DNA from: a virus
Lineage: Duplodnaviria; Caudoviricetes
IMG/VR virus record: IMGVR_UViG_3300025018_002598
Location: 1 to 64,000 of that record
Strand: one strand, 5' to 3'
Length of the DNA stretch: 64,000 nucleotides
Shown: piece after piece, positions 37,759 through 46,872 of the stretch
Numbering within the stretch: the stretch's first letter is position 1
Layout of the letters: each line of letters starts with the position of its first letter
Program-made: the position numbers and the translations under genes
Notes under the pieces: model-generated
Seen by the model: only the letters and a program-made list of their open reading frames with translations
Databases searched by the model: none
What the model was told of the DNA's origin: nothing

Positions 37759-38022
37759 TTACCATCTAGATGTAATGAAAGAAACCTTGATTGGAAGCAA
37801 AGATTTTGTTGTAAGAGTAACTCTCTTGTAAGAAATTGAATATGATAAAGAAAAATCATTATCAACACAAGAGGTTCCTTCTACATCAACTGACACATAC
37901 ACCTTTGATGGAGTAAATGGAAGTTTTATACTACTCTGTTGTTCTTCAGAAGAACCTTCTATTCTCACACTACCTAAATAGAAACCTAAAAAATAAGCGA
38001 AAAAATTAAATAAACATCTCAT
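37759..38022 (-). CDS. Small beta-rich hypothetical (possible virion) protein
   Basis: AGGGGG SD; IKLPFTPSKVYVSV. Confidence 0.55.
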   Translation of the reverse strand: MRCLFNFFAYFLGFYLGSVRIEGSSEEQQSSIKLPFTPSKVYVSVDVEGTSCVDNDFSLSYSISYKRVTLTTKSLLPIKVSFITSRW

Positions 38023-38162
38023 GGAAATATCCCCCTATGTAAATGACTCTTCTTCTACTTTCGCAAAATAAAATTACAATTCCTTTTAGAGTTGTCGCTT
38101 TCTCGCAAGGAACATCGTATTTTTTTTTAGAAAACAATATAAGTTGAAGGTGGAGAAAAGAA

Positions 38163-38738
38163 ATGGCTCAATTGCTTAAAAGAATAGTAGTTTCACAGAG
38201 AAGTAATGTCTTAATAGAGGACTTAGGAGTTTTCTTTAGAAATAGAGGAGACTCCAGAGATTTATTGGGAAACACTCTTCCTGGAAAAAACTATACAAAA
38301 TTTAGCTTAGAAAAAATATGCTCTTCTCGATCTTTAGATAGTTTGGTCAAGTCTGGTCATCTAAAGATATTTGACGAAAACGGAACGGAACTAAGTAGTG
38401 TCTCTGGAGGTTCTGGAGAACGTTCTACAAATTTAGCAACGCTAAAAGACTTAGACGATTTACCTACGGGAAATGATCTTGGATATACAAATTATAGTTT
38501 CGTTGGTGATGGAGGGACGACATATTCAGTAAGGGACATATCTGGAATTTCGTCTATAAGATTCAAATCTAACTCTACTATTATCTATTTAAATGGACTT
38601 CCAATTTCAAGAGGCGTAGATTATGAAGAAGATGGAAATCTTTATGAATTTTCACTCATAGACATTGGTTCCTCTGGACTTCCTGCCATACCTAACTCTC
38701 AGGACCAGTTTACGATAATCTTCAACAGAATACAATAG
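38163..38738 (+). CDS. Putative virion structural protein
   Basis: GGAG SD; C-terminal IYLNGL...GVDY motif typical of phage structural beta-domains; preceded by late-promoter-like motif. Confidence 0.6.
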   Translation: MAQLLKRIVVSQRSNVLIEDLGVFFRNRGDSRDLLGNTLPGKNYTKFSLEKICSSRSLDSLVKSGHLKIFDENGTELSSVSGGSGERSTNLATLKDLDDLPTGNDLGYTNYSFVGDGGTTYSVRDISGISSIRFKSNSTIIYLNGLPISRGVDYEEDGNLYEFSLIDIGSSGLPAIPNSQDQFTIIFNRIQ

Positions 38739-38921
38739 AAATGCCTCAAGAAATCAAATAGAAAGGATCTCAGAGGTTTTAAATTAACGACTAATACATT
38801 GTGTCGTTATTTACCACAAGTCTCTTAAAAGACTTTATTTGACTTTCAATTTCATCAAGGTATTTTTGTATTCGATGTAGTATTTATAAGTGTAATTCTT
38901 TTTTATATTAGAGGAAAATTA

Positions 38922-39722
38922 ATGAAAAGATTAAGTCAAAACAACACTGGAACTAATTCCACCGTTTTTTTACCCAGAGATAAAAAGCCTAACTATATGA
39001 GTCCTTCTTTCGACAGAAGTCCTTCTGGTGTTGGTTCCACTTCAGATCCAGAAACTACACCCTCAAAGGTTGAATTGCATAACTACAACCCAAATAGAAG
39101 AAAAGATAATTCTAGAATGAGCGTTATAAGTGACCTTCAGTTTATAGAAGATGTTAGGATAGGAATGCAAAGTTTTTTTCAAAATGCAATAAGTTCTCTT
39201 TACGGATTGCCTTCAACTAAATCTGTAATAGAAGAAATGCAAGAAATATTTTTTGGTTTCTTGGAGAACATGAAAGACAAATCTCAACCGATACCTAATC
39301 AGCCGGAAAAATCAGACGGTGATTCTCCTACCAAAATAATAAATGCTCAAGTAGGATTGCCAGCACCTATCGTAGAACTTTTTAATCATTTCGAATATGT
39401 CTTAAATAACTTTATGCCAAAAGATACGGCCAGTAGATGGTTTGATGGTTTTTATATGAAAGTAATCAATACTTTTTCGGAAGAAATAAATAAAATAAAA
39501 GAGAGAGAGAATGAAAGTGAAGGTCAGTATCAAGATGCTGCCGATTCTAAATTCGCACTTCAAGAAGCATATGCTTTAAGTTTGGCAAAGAAGGTTTTAT
39601 CTGGACTTGAAGGAAAAAAAGATATAGAATATAAAACTGTAATGGCAAGAATATCTAATGAATTACAAACTAATGGATTTCGGGCACCTTTTCAAATAAC
39701 TTCATATAAGAAAAAGAGTTGA
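38922..39722 (+). CDS. Hypothetical protein
   Basis: GAGGA SD; 266 aa; preceded by late-promoter-like motif. Confidence 0.75.
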   Translation: MKRLSQNNTGTNSTVFLPRDKKPNYMSPSFDRSPSGVGSTSDPETTPSKVELHNYNPNRRKDNSRMSVISDLQFIEDVRIGMQSFFQNAISSLYGLPSTKSVIEEMQEIFFGFLENMKDKSQPIPNQPEKSDGDSPTKIINAQVGLPAPIVELFNHFEYVLNNFMPKDTASRWFDGFYMKVINTFSEEINKIKERENESEGQYQDAADSKFALQEAYALSLAKKVLSGLEGKKDIEYKTVMARISNELQTNGFRAPFQITSYKKKS

Positions 39723-39727
39723 CTCAT

Positions 39728-39763
39728 GAAAATCCCCCGCCTTCAAGTGGGAGATTCTTCTTT
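39728..39763. terminator. Hairpin between convergent genes (possible bidirectional terminator)
   Basis: AATCCCCCGC-CTTCAA-GTGGGAGATT imperfect stem at the convergence of ORFs 38922 and 39743. Confidence 0.45.
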
Positions 39764-40075
39764 ATTGATGTAACTAGAAGCGATTTCATTGGCACTTTCT
39801 AGCAATTCATTTGTATCGGGTAGAAATCCATTCCTCAGATAATAAATATATTCGAGAATTGTAAGGATGGTATCTAAGTCATCTAGGTGAACAAGTTTAT
39901 GATGTTTTTTACACAAAAAAACTATATTAGAACAGGAGTCGTTTCCGCCAAGAGAAACTGCGACAAAGTGGTGATATTCTTTTCCTCGTTCAATACAACA
40001 AGCGCATCTTCCTTTTTGTCGAAACCAAACTTGATCTTTCACTGCTTTAGGCAATTTCTTTCTTTTCATAAACAC
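39743..40075 (-). CDS. HNH endonuclease
   Basis: RCACC...EYHH...SLGGNDSCSNIVFLCKKHH. Confidence 0.88.
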   Translation of the reverse strand: MFMKRKKLPKAVKDQVWFRQKGRCACCIERGKEYHHFVAVSLGGNDSCSNIVFLCKKHHKLVHLDDLDTILTILEYIYYLRNGFLPDTNELLESANEIASSYINKEESPT

Positions 40076-40168
40076 ACCGTAATAAAGATAGATTATGGCT
40101 TTTGGCCATTATCACCTAGATACGATTCTAATCGTATTGTAAAATAGCAAGGTGAGAAATGAAAGACT

Positions 40169-40687
40169 ATGAATAACTCAATGAATATTAGACAAAATTC
40201 AATCTTGTTACTAAATAGAAATTTTCAGTTTCTAAACATAATAAGTCTAAAAACATTTTTAAGACTTTGGTCAGTCAATAAAATTGAAGTCGTGAAATTT
40301 ACTGACAAAGAATGGGTTCTTCATCCTAGAATTAAGATGAAATACCCTTCTGTTGCCGTAATGAAATATATGGTAAAGGCTCCTTATCGTGATATAAAAT
40401 TATCACGTGAATCAATAATAAGGAGAGATGGTTGTGTGTGTCAATACACTGGTAAGAAACTAAAAAGGTCTGAGGTTGAAATCGATCACGTCATTCCGAG
40501 ATCTCGTGGCGGAATGAACACTTGGGAAAACCTTGTTGTATCAAGTAGAAAGTCTAACAATACAAAAGGTAATAGAACGCCTGAAGAAGCGGGAATGAAA
40601 TTGATAAGGAAGCCACGTAAGCCCCATTTACATGAGATCCTTCAGGATTTTGATCGTGATGATTGGAGAGAATTTCTAGGATATTAA
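40169..40687 (+). CDS. HNH endonuclease (McrA-like)
   Basis: LSRESIIRRDGCVCQYTG...IDHVIPRSRGGMNTWENLV...NNTKGNRTPEEAGM. Confidence 0.92.
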   Translation: MNNSMNIRQNSILLLNRNFQFLNIISLKTFLRLWSVNKIEVVKFTDKEWVLHPRIKMKYPSVAVMKYMVKAPYRDIKLSRESIIRRDGCVCQYTGKKLKRSEVEIDHVIPRSRGGMNTWENLVVSSRKSNNTKGNRTPEEAGMKLIRKPRKPHLHEILQDFDRDDWREFLGY

Positions 40688-41496
40688 ATTTTGATGTATT
40701 TGTCATCAGAAAATAAAATGTCTAAAACTTTCTCTCCATACTTTAAATATTCAAGCCATTGATCTTTTTGGTATTTTGATATAAATTCTTCATAAAGAGA
40801 TAGGTTGCATTTAAGTGGGTTGGATTTCATTTTATTCAACCGACTCTTTAAATCTTTGTATGATACTGCATTGTTTCTTTTAAATCTCAAATAAACTTCT
40901 AATTCCCCAAGGTGGGCTTTTTTTTCAATGGGATGGTTGTAGTAGTAACTGTAATATTCCTTGCCCCTAAGTTCCGAACAAGTGCGGTCATATATATTTA
41001 TTTCTTTTTTGTTGAGAAAAAGATCATCATATCCATGTACGAGTTCATGAGAAAATGTTCTAATCAAAGAAAGGATGTTTTCTTCACTTCTTTCTGAAAT
41101 TATTTTTTTTACATTTTTTTTATTCAAAACCTTATTTAGACCAGTTGATCCAAATATGGCAGGTAAAAAGAGATTGATATATATATTTTTGCTTCCTGAG
41201 AATTCAGTTTCCCCAAAACAATCTTTTGTATTTTGAAAAAATATTCTTACTGTTATTTTATTTCTTTTTGAAGATTTGTGATAATTTTTCCCCTTGCATT
41301 CAAAAGCAAAATCTTTAATCTCTCTTTTGCCAGCCGCTATTCTCTCTAGATTGTACCATATATAACTACAGGCATCTTTTGTTAGAATCCACATGTAGTT
41401 TTTTATTATTAGATTCTCCATTTTAATCACCCAATAGAAAACCATCTTGCCATAGCTCAACGTCAAGACAAGTAGATCTGAACATTGTATTTGCAA
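40684..41496 (-). CDS. HExxH (zincin-like) protein
   Basis: SHELVH plus downstream YYNHPIEKKAH. Confidence 0.55.
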   Translation of the reverse strand: MQIQCSDLLVLTLSYGKMVFYWVIKMENLIIKNYMWILTKDACSYIWYNLERIAAGKREIKDFAFECKGKNYHKSSKRNKITVRIFFQNTKDCFGETEFSGSKNIYINLFLPAIFGSTGLNKVLNKKNVKKIISERSEENILSLIRTFSHELVHGYDDLFLNKKEINIYDRTCSELRGKEYYSYYYNHPIEKKAHLGELEVYLRFKRNNAVSYKDLKSRLNKMKSNPLKCNLSLYEEFISKYQKDQWLEYLKYGEKVLDILFSDDKYIKI

Positions 41497-41896
41497 AGGA
41501 GACTGCTATTTCCTCTTCAAAAAAAGGAATAACTAAGACATTTAGATTTTTTCTATTTTTATTATATAGATGTGAAAGTTTTACATCATACTCTTTCATG
41601 ATATAAAATTCTTGTTCTTTTTTCTTACAGGAGGAAATTAAGTCAAAGGCGTCATGTATCACTATACATGGCAATGATTTAAAATTCTCTTTTGTATAAG
41701 TCTCTATCAGATCTCTAAGAAAGAACTTATCTTCTTTATTTTTTTCAAACTCTTTTTTGAAAGATTCGTAATCCAACTCCTTGTGGTGACTAACATGAAA
41801 AGAAAATAAATCATAAGATGACGCTGATAGAGCAAGACTTTTGTCGTTACTCATTGTATTCCTCCTACTCAAAGGAGGCGGTTGATATTTTTCCAT
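41423..41896 (-). CDS. Hypothetical protein
   Basis: In a co-directional run; probable start at MSNDK. Confidence 0.6.
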   Translation of the reverse strand: MEKYQPPPLSRRNTMSNDKSLALSASSYDLFSFHVSHHKELDYESFKKEFEKNKEDKFFLRDLIETYTKENFKSLPCIVIHDAFDLISSCKKKEQEFYIMKEYDVKLSHLYNKNRKNLNVLVIPFFEEEIAVSFANTMFRSTCLDVELWQDGFLLGD

Positions 41897-42450
41897 TCTT
41901 CTTTGATTAGAAAATCAATGGTATCTTTATCCAGATCATTTCTTTGCTCTAATTCTTTTTTGAATTTTTCCAAATAATCAAGCCGTCCTCTGACCGTTTT
42001 TTGAAGTCGCTCTAAACGTAAAGACAAATTAAAATCAATGAGTTCGTTTAAATGAGATACAATTTCTCTTATGAGGATAATTGCGTCCTCATTGATATTA
42101 CTTGTATTCTCATTAAAGTTATCAGAATCCTCCGATGATTTTCCTTCATCTGAGAAATCATCTCTTTCTTTACTTTTAGAGAAGTTCATGAAGTCACTCA
42201 AAAATGTATCAATTCCACTTCTTGCTTGATCATATTCAAAAACGCCTTTAAATATGTCGTTGGCAAGATATTCATTGAACATTGATATTTCTTTATAGAC
42301 CCGATTAATCTTAGAATGAGACAATCTACTAAGGATTTCTTTTTTGACAACAAAAATTTCTTCTGTTCCAAAAGAATCCCATGTACTCTCTAGTAGAGAG
42401 TAGTCCTTATTTTCAAGTTGTTGTTGAAATTCTTCAATCTTGTGAAGCAT
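41869..42450 (-). CDS. Hypothetical protein (faint sigma region 2-like segment)
   Basis: GAGG SD; DIFKGVFEYDQARSGIDTFL only weakly resembles sigma region 2. Confidence 0.55.
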   Translation of the reverse strand: MLHKIEEFQQQLENKDYSLLESTWDSFGTEEIFVVKKEILSRLSHSKINRVYKEISMFNEYLANDIFKGVFEYDQARSGIDTFLSDFMNFSKSKERDDFSDEGKSSEDSDNFNENTSNINEDAIILIREIVSHLNELIDFNLSLRLERLQKTVRGRLDYLEKFKKELEQRNDLDKDTIDFLIKEEWKNINRLL

Positions 42451-42640
42451 CTTCTAGCGAGTCCTCTAAGTGAAGGACTTCCTTGCCTCTAGGAGTAATT
42501 CTATAAAAAATAGAATTACCCTTTTCTATCTTTCTGACATATGCTTGTTTTTCAAGATAATTTGTTATTGAATCACTAGAGCGGTTTTCTTCTGGTTTTT
42601 CTTTGATTTCTCTAAGTCTTTCAAAAGGTGAATCTGCCAT
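42434..42640 (-). CDS. Small winged-helix-like protein
   Basis: LEKQAYVRKIEKGNSIFYRITPRGKEVL wing motif. Confidence 0.55.
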   Translation of the reverse strand: MADSPFERLREIKEKPEENRSSDSITNYLEKQAYVRKIEKGNSIFYRITPRGKEVLHLEDSLEDASQD

Positions 42641-43239
42641 TTTTCTTTACCTAATCTTTCTATGATTTTTTCAATGTTTCTTAAGTCTTCATGACTTGCC
42701 CTATAACATAGGTCATGATCTACTAGGCTTTCAAGGTTCCAAGGCCAACTTGGGACAATACAAACTACATCGTTTTTTTCTCGGAGAACTTCATTTACGG
42801 CAATAGAACTGTCATCAAAAAATATAGAATTGTCTTCGATTGCGTATTTTTTATTCTCTGTATTTGCTGTTATCACTGGAATGCTATATCTAAAAGCACT
42901 TTTTGTGATTGCTTCAGCGCCACGTCTTGATTCTCTTGCAGTTATGGCTAGAACCTCATGACCATTCTCTACCATTCCTTTCAGGAATTCAACCAAATGG
43001 CCAGAAAATGAACAGGGGTGCCATTCTTTGTATGTATTAGCCAAATATACTGCTTCCCATATCTGATCGGTCGTCAGCCCATACTCTTTCTCATACAGAG
43101 AGAGATGTGAATCTGTGACTACTTTATCTTGTAACATATCTATTTGTTTGAATTCACGATTATGAATACTCTTCAATGCTCTTAAAAAAGAAATCTCATA
43201 ATCATGCATTACATAATCTATGTCTGTGTAAATCTTCAT
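42565..43239 (-). CDS. HAD-superfamily 5'(3')-nucleotidase-like phosphatase
   Basis: Motif I YTDIDYV, motif II ITAR, motif IV FFDDS. Confidence 0.75.
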   Translation of the reverse strand: MKIYTDIDYVMHDYEISFLRALKSIHNREFKQIDMLQDKVVTDSHLSLYEKEYGLTTDQIWEAVYLANTYKEWHPCSFSGHLVEFLKGMVENGHEVLAITARESRRGAEAITKSAFRYSIPVITANTENKKYAIEDNSIFFDDSSIAVNEVLREKNDVVCIVPSWPWNLESLVDHDLCYRASHEDLRNIEKIIERLGKEKWQIHLLKDLEKSKKNQKKTALVIQ

Positions 43240-43685
43240 GAATCAACATCCACCATATTCGTCATTTTGATTGCATAGAAGTAAAGAACGTGATACTCTA
43301 CCCAATCCCTTTCTAATCCTTTTCTCACGATAGAGAATCCCACTTTTGTCAAACTGGAACTTGTATCGTCAAAGCAGTTTAAAGTAGGTGGTTCAGGATT
43401 GAAAGCATTAAGGCCAATTTCTCTCACTTCTTCCCTGTTGTAATTTTCTTCTATTATTTTTGACAAAGGGGTTAGAATGCCTTTTTCATTTTCTGTTTGA
43501 ATCTTATTGGCAACCTTGGTGATTACTTTCCCAAGATCGCTTTCTTTTGAATAAAAAAATCCATCGCCTCTCAAAACCTCATAGGATGAGCTTTCATTGG
43601 GTGGAACGAAGTCTTCAACGATGAATTCATCTTCGTTGTAAAAATGATTTGAAACTTCTTCTATAATGTGAACAATGTAGGCCAT
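43236..43685 (-). CDS. Hypothetical protein
   Basis: AAGG SD; ATGA overlap with the next gene. Confidence 0.7.
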   Translation of the reverse strand: MAYIVHIIEEVSNHFYNEDEFIVEDFVPPNESSSYEVLRGDGFFYSKESDLGKVITKVANKIQTENEKGILTPLSKIIEENYNREEVREIGLNAFNPEPPTLNCFDDTSSSLTKVGFSIVRKGLERDWVEYHVLYFYAIKMTNMVDVDS

Positions 43686-43715
43686 TTGGTATTACCTTTC
43701 TTTAATAGATACGAC

Positions 43716-46355
43716 TCATTTCCCTGATTGACTGGAGAACTCATTTAAAGTCTGGCCAACTTTCAACTCATAACCCCAATCTCCCATTCCTTTTTCATTC
43801 AGAATCTCTTGGAAGATCTCAAATGTTCTATTCATTAAAAAAGACTGGTCTGGAGAGTCTGATGAGTTTATCTCATCAATTAAATTATTTAGTTTTGGAA
43901 ATAAAGAATTCTTAACGTCAGTTATTACGGACTGGACATCACTTATTTCGTCAAGGTTATTTATTCTGAATGTTTTTACTCTATCGATCTTACAACTTTG
44001 GATTTCTTCTTCGTTCTCTACTTCTTGAGAACACTCTTCGTGCAATCCTTGATGGTTGTCTACTAACCATTTATCTAGGAATGCATCGTCTAAGCACCAA
44101 ATTAAAGAACTTCCTATTTTTAGAAATTGGTCAAAGAGATTGTCTGGTAACTGAAAGATATTTACTGACATCACAAAGTCAAGTTCACCAGGAGTAATTT
44201 TTTCGTCAGTTCTATATACTACTGAATATCTAAACATCCCATCATGATTTGCCTTTTTATTTTTCCATCTTTTTTTAGCTCTTTCACTTTGAAGACGACT
44301 AAAGGCTTTTTCCCCAATTTCCTTTCTTTCTTTCTCTACTTTGGCCTTTCCTGTGTTACTTTGATACTCAGAATATCCGTCTTTACCCTTTTCTTTTTTT
44401 AGGGATTGATGACGATCCTTACCCCCATACTCGTAAGAGCCTTCTTCTTGAGTTTTTTTCTTATGCTTTTTTTTAGGAATCCACTCAAGATTATCTTTTG
44501 TATCAGTCCCTCCTTTCCAGCGAGGTTTTTTGTGATCGAGTTCGTATTCACCCTTACCCTTTGGTTTTTCTGGGATTTCTTTCGACTTAATTCTAGGTCT
44601 TTTTGCAGTTTTATATGATGTGTGTTCTTTCGAAAAAATCTTATACCAATCATTACTATTGCTTTCTTTCTTGAAGTAGAAATAATGAATATCTTCTTCG
44701 TCATCATAGAATATATCTATTCCATTTTTTTTTAGTCTTTCAAAGTCATTTTCCTCATCTTGTGCGAAGTCAGTAACATCGCCATAAGGTAAGGAATCAT
44801 TTATACAATATCCATCCTCATCAAAAGAGTTGACACAATCTCCAATAATATTTTCTCTTTCAAATTTATTAGACTTTACTATCCTATAATTTAAATCAGA
44901 CTCTTTTACGAACTCATAAATACTCCCTTGTCTTTCAATGAAATCAATATCTTCATGTCTTCCAGTAAATGCTAAATGATTAATGTATGAATCGAAGTCT
45001 TTTTCTTCAACCTCTTCTTCTTCGTCGTCATTATATTTTATTTTTATTTTATCTGGAGTTGTAACATCAACATCTGCATGTTGAAGGACTTCTACAAGAT
45101 TACTCTCTTTATCATCAACCAATAGAACTCTTTCATTCTGTGGCATAAACATACTCTTTGGAAGGTCTTTGGCTACAACTACCATTTTATTAAAATACTG
45201 TAAAAGACCAAAAGAACGGAGTAAGTGAACAACAGGTTGATCCTGCATCTCTACACCTTCCTTTTCAGATCTAGAAACAACCCCCAAATTCTTATCTTGT
45301 TCTGAAAGCGAACGAATTATATATTTTATATCTTTTCTCAATACAATCTCTGTACCCTTAGCATCGAAAGCACGATTACCTTCTACGGTAAAGGGTATGT
45401 CCATCTCATATGCTTTATCTCCTTCCCATATTGTAAAATCTGCATCAAATATGATTGTGTCATAATCATCTATTGATATTTTCTTTTCACTATGGAAGGC
45501 TGCTCCAAAAGTTCCCAAGTATTCCATGTCTTCAAAAGACTTGATTAAATTAGAAGACTTAATGAACCTACCTCTAATCAAAGGAGAGATTTGAGCGCAA
45601 ATCATTCGCTTTAATTGTGATACTTCATAGTCATCATCAAACCTCGGCAACAATGAATGAACATTGTTTCTTAAAAGATCTAAATCTAAAGATTTCGATC
45701 CAATTAAATCAAGCATAGAGGATGCAAGTATTTTTAAGTTTTGAAATTCTCTTATTTTACTTTTATTATAGGAGTTTAAGCTAGAAAGAGAATCAACACT
45801 ACCCTTTTTATTTTTAGAAGCTTTTCTTACAATACCGTAATGCCCTGGAAAATGCTCAGGATCATAAAAGGTCATGCCAGAAGGCTTTGCACCTTGACTT
45901 TGACTGAAGTCTATCTGGTATCGGTATTGTAAATCTTTCGATTCGGGTTGTTCTACAATGCTGGATTTCTTTTCTAAATCTTCCATATATTTCCATATCT
46001 CAGAGATAAGTGTTGTTGAATGTTTTCTATTCAACTCAGCCTCTTTTTTGAAATCTTCTAATTTGGAGGATATTTTACTAAGTAGATCTTCAGCATCTTT
46101 TTCACTTTTTACAGTGATATAGTTTCTTTGGAGAACTTGTCCAAGCAAATCGTTTTTAAGTACAAAAGAAACTCTATAGAGACTATCTCCCCATCTACTT
46201 GTATTCAAGTTGGCTAAAAGCGGTGATGAGTATTTATCCACCGCATTAAGATAGATTGATGCTTCCTTCTTACCTACATTAGAGTCAGAAGAGTTGTAAA
46301 TATTAAAAACACCACCTGATTCTACTTTTTCTATATTAATTTTCTGCTCAGGCAT
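43716..46355 (-). CDS. Multidomain protein: MDP-1-like HAD phosphatase + HNH domain + unknown domains
   Basis: IIFDADFTIW, GVVSRS and LLVDD (HAD motifs); YELDHKKPRWKGGTDTKDNLEWI...H (HNH). Confidence 0.8.
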   Translation of the reverse strand: MPEQKINIEKVESGGVFNIYNSSDSNVGKKEASIYLNAVDKYSSPLLANLNTSRWGDSLYRVSFVLKNDLLGQVLQRNYITVKSEKDAEDLLSKISSKLEDFKKEAELNRKHSTTLISEIWKYMEDLEKKSSIVEQPESKDLQYRYQIDFSQSQGAKPSGMTFYDPEHFPGHYGIVRKASKNKKGSVDSLSSLNSYNKSKIREFQNLKILASSMLDLIGSKSLDLDLLRNNVHSLLPRFDDDYEVSQLKRMICAQISPLIRGRFIKSSNLIKSFEDMEYLGTFGAAFHSEKKISIDDYDTIIFDADFTIWEGDKAYEMDIPFTVEGNRAFDAKGTEIVLRKDIKYIIRSLSEQDKNLGVVSRSEKEGVEMQDQPVVHLLRSFGLLQYFNKMVVVAKDLPKSMFMPQNERVLLVDDKESNLVEVLQHADVDVTTPDKIKIKYNDDEEEEVEEKDFDSYINHLAFTGRHEDIDFIERQGSIYEFVKESDLNYRIVKSNKFERENIIGDCVNSFDEDGYCINDSLPYGDVTDFAQDEENDFERLKKNGIDIFYDDEEDIHYFYFKKESNSNDWYKIFSKEHTSYKTAKRPRIKSKEIPEKPKGKGEYELDHKKPRWKGGTDTKDNLEWIPKKKHKKKTQEEGSYEYGGKDRHQSLKKEKGKDGYSEYQSNTGKAKVEKERKEIGEKAFSRLQSERAKKRWKNKKANHDGMFRYSVVYRTDEKITPGELDFVMSVNIFQLPDNLFDQFLKIGSSLIWCLDDAFLDKWLVDNHQGLHEECSQEVENEEEIQSCKIDRVKTFRINNLDEISDVQSVITDVKNSLFPKLNNLIDEINSSDSPDQSFLMNRTFEIFQEILNEKGMGDWGYELKVGQTLNEFSSQSGK

Positions 46356-46369
46356 TTGTGTACTCCAAA

Positions 46370-46415
46370 TAAAAAATCCCCTTCAGATATTTATTCTGTA
46401 AATCTGAAAGGGATT
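46370..46415 (-). terminator. Intrinsic terminator after tail-fibre cluster
   Basis: 14-bp stem (46375-46388 with 46402-46415; one G-U pair on the - strand) followed by a U tract. Confidence 0.7.
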
Positions 46416-46439
46416 CCTGTATCAATTGAGCATTTAGTT

Positions 46440-46817
46440 TTATTGGAAATCTACAATTCTTTCTAGTTTGGCAAGATCTGTTGTAGACAACTTGACTTCG
46501 TTACCTAAATCGGAAATCTTAATAGGTATTTTTGTAATGTTAATTTCTACTTTTTCTTCAACTAAAGATTTGAATTCTTCATTGAATATTTCTATGTTTT
46601 CTTCATTAACCTTTAGTGTCTGGGGGTTTTTCTCATCAGCCTCACCATACTTCTGAAAAAGAGAAAATCTAGCCTCTTCAAATCTTTTAATTTCATCCAT
46701 CAAAGGCTCTAGATTTTTTTTCAATCTAAAACTAATAGCAATAGGAAAGGGCTGTTCAACCAGTCTAACTACCGATTCTTTAATTATGGCGATTTCACCT
46801 AAAGTAATTTCAATCAT
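46440..46817 (-). CDS. DUF1617-like phage protein (tail-fibre-associated)
   Basis: ITLGEI...FPIAISFRLKKNL...RFSLFQKYGE...EEFKSLVEEKVEI pattern. Confidence 0.6.
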   Translation of the reverse strand: MIEITLGEIAIIKESVVRLVEQPFPIAISFRLKKNLEPLMDEIKRFEEARFSLFQKYGEADEKNPQTLKVNEENIEIFNEEFKSLVEEKVEINITKIPIKISDLGNEVKLSTTDLAKLERIVDFQ

Positions 46818-46872
46818 TTTTTTTCTCCAGTCTAATTTTTTTAATTCGATACGACTTTCTATTGTTGGCCTT

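Noticed and set aside
39728-39760. IS200/IS605-type terminal hairpin
   Set aside because: Resembles such ends, but there is no TnpA/TnpB or second end nearby, and it sits at a convergent gene junction where a terminator is the simpler reading.
41869-42450. Second (ECF-like) sigma factor
   Set aside because: Only a faint region 2-like segment and no recognisable region 4 HTH.
735-43712. TCGTAT hexamer upstream of several genes (747, 30841, 38116, 40132 and - strand near 43705)
   Set aside because: Too short, with inconsistent spacing to -35/-10 elements or starts; could be chance.
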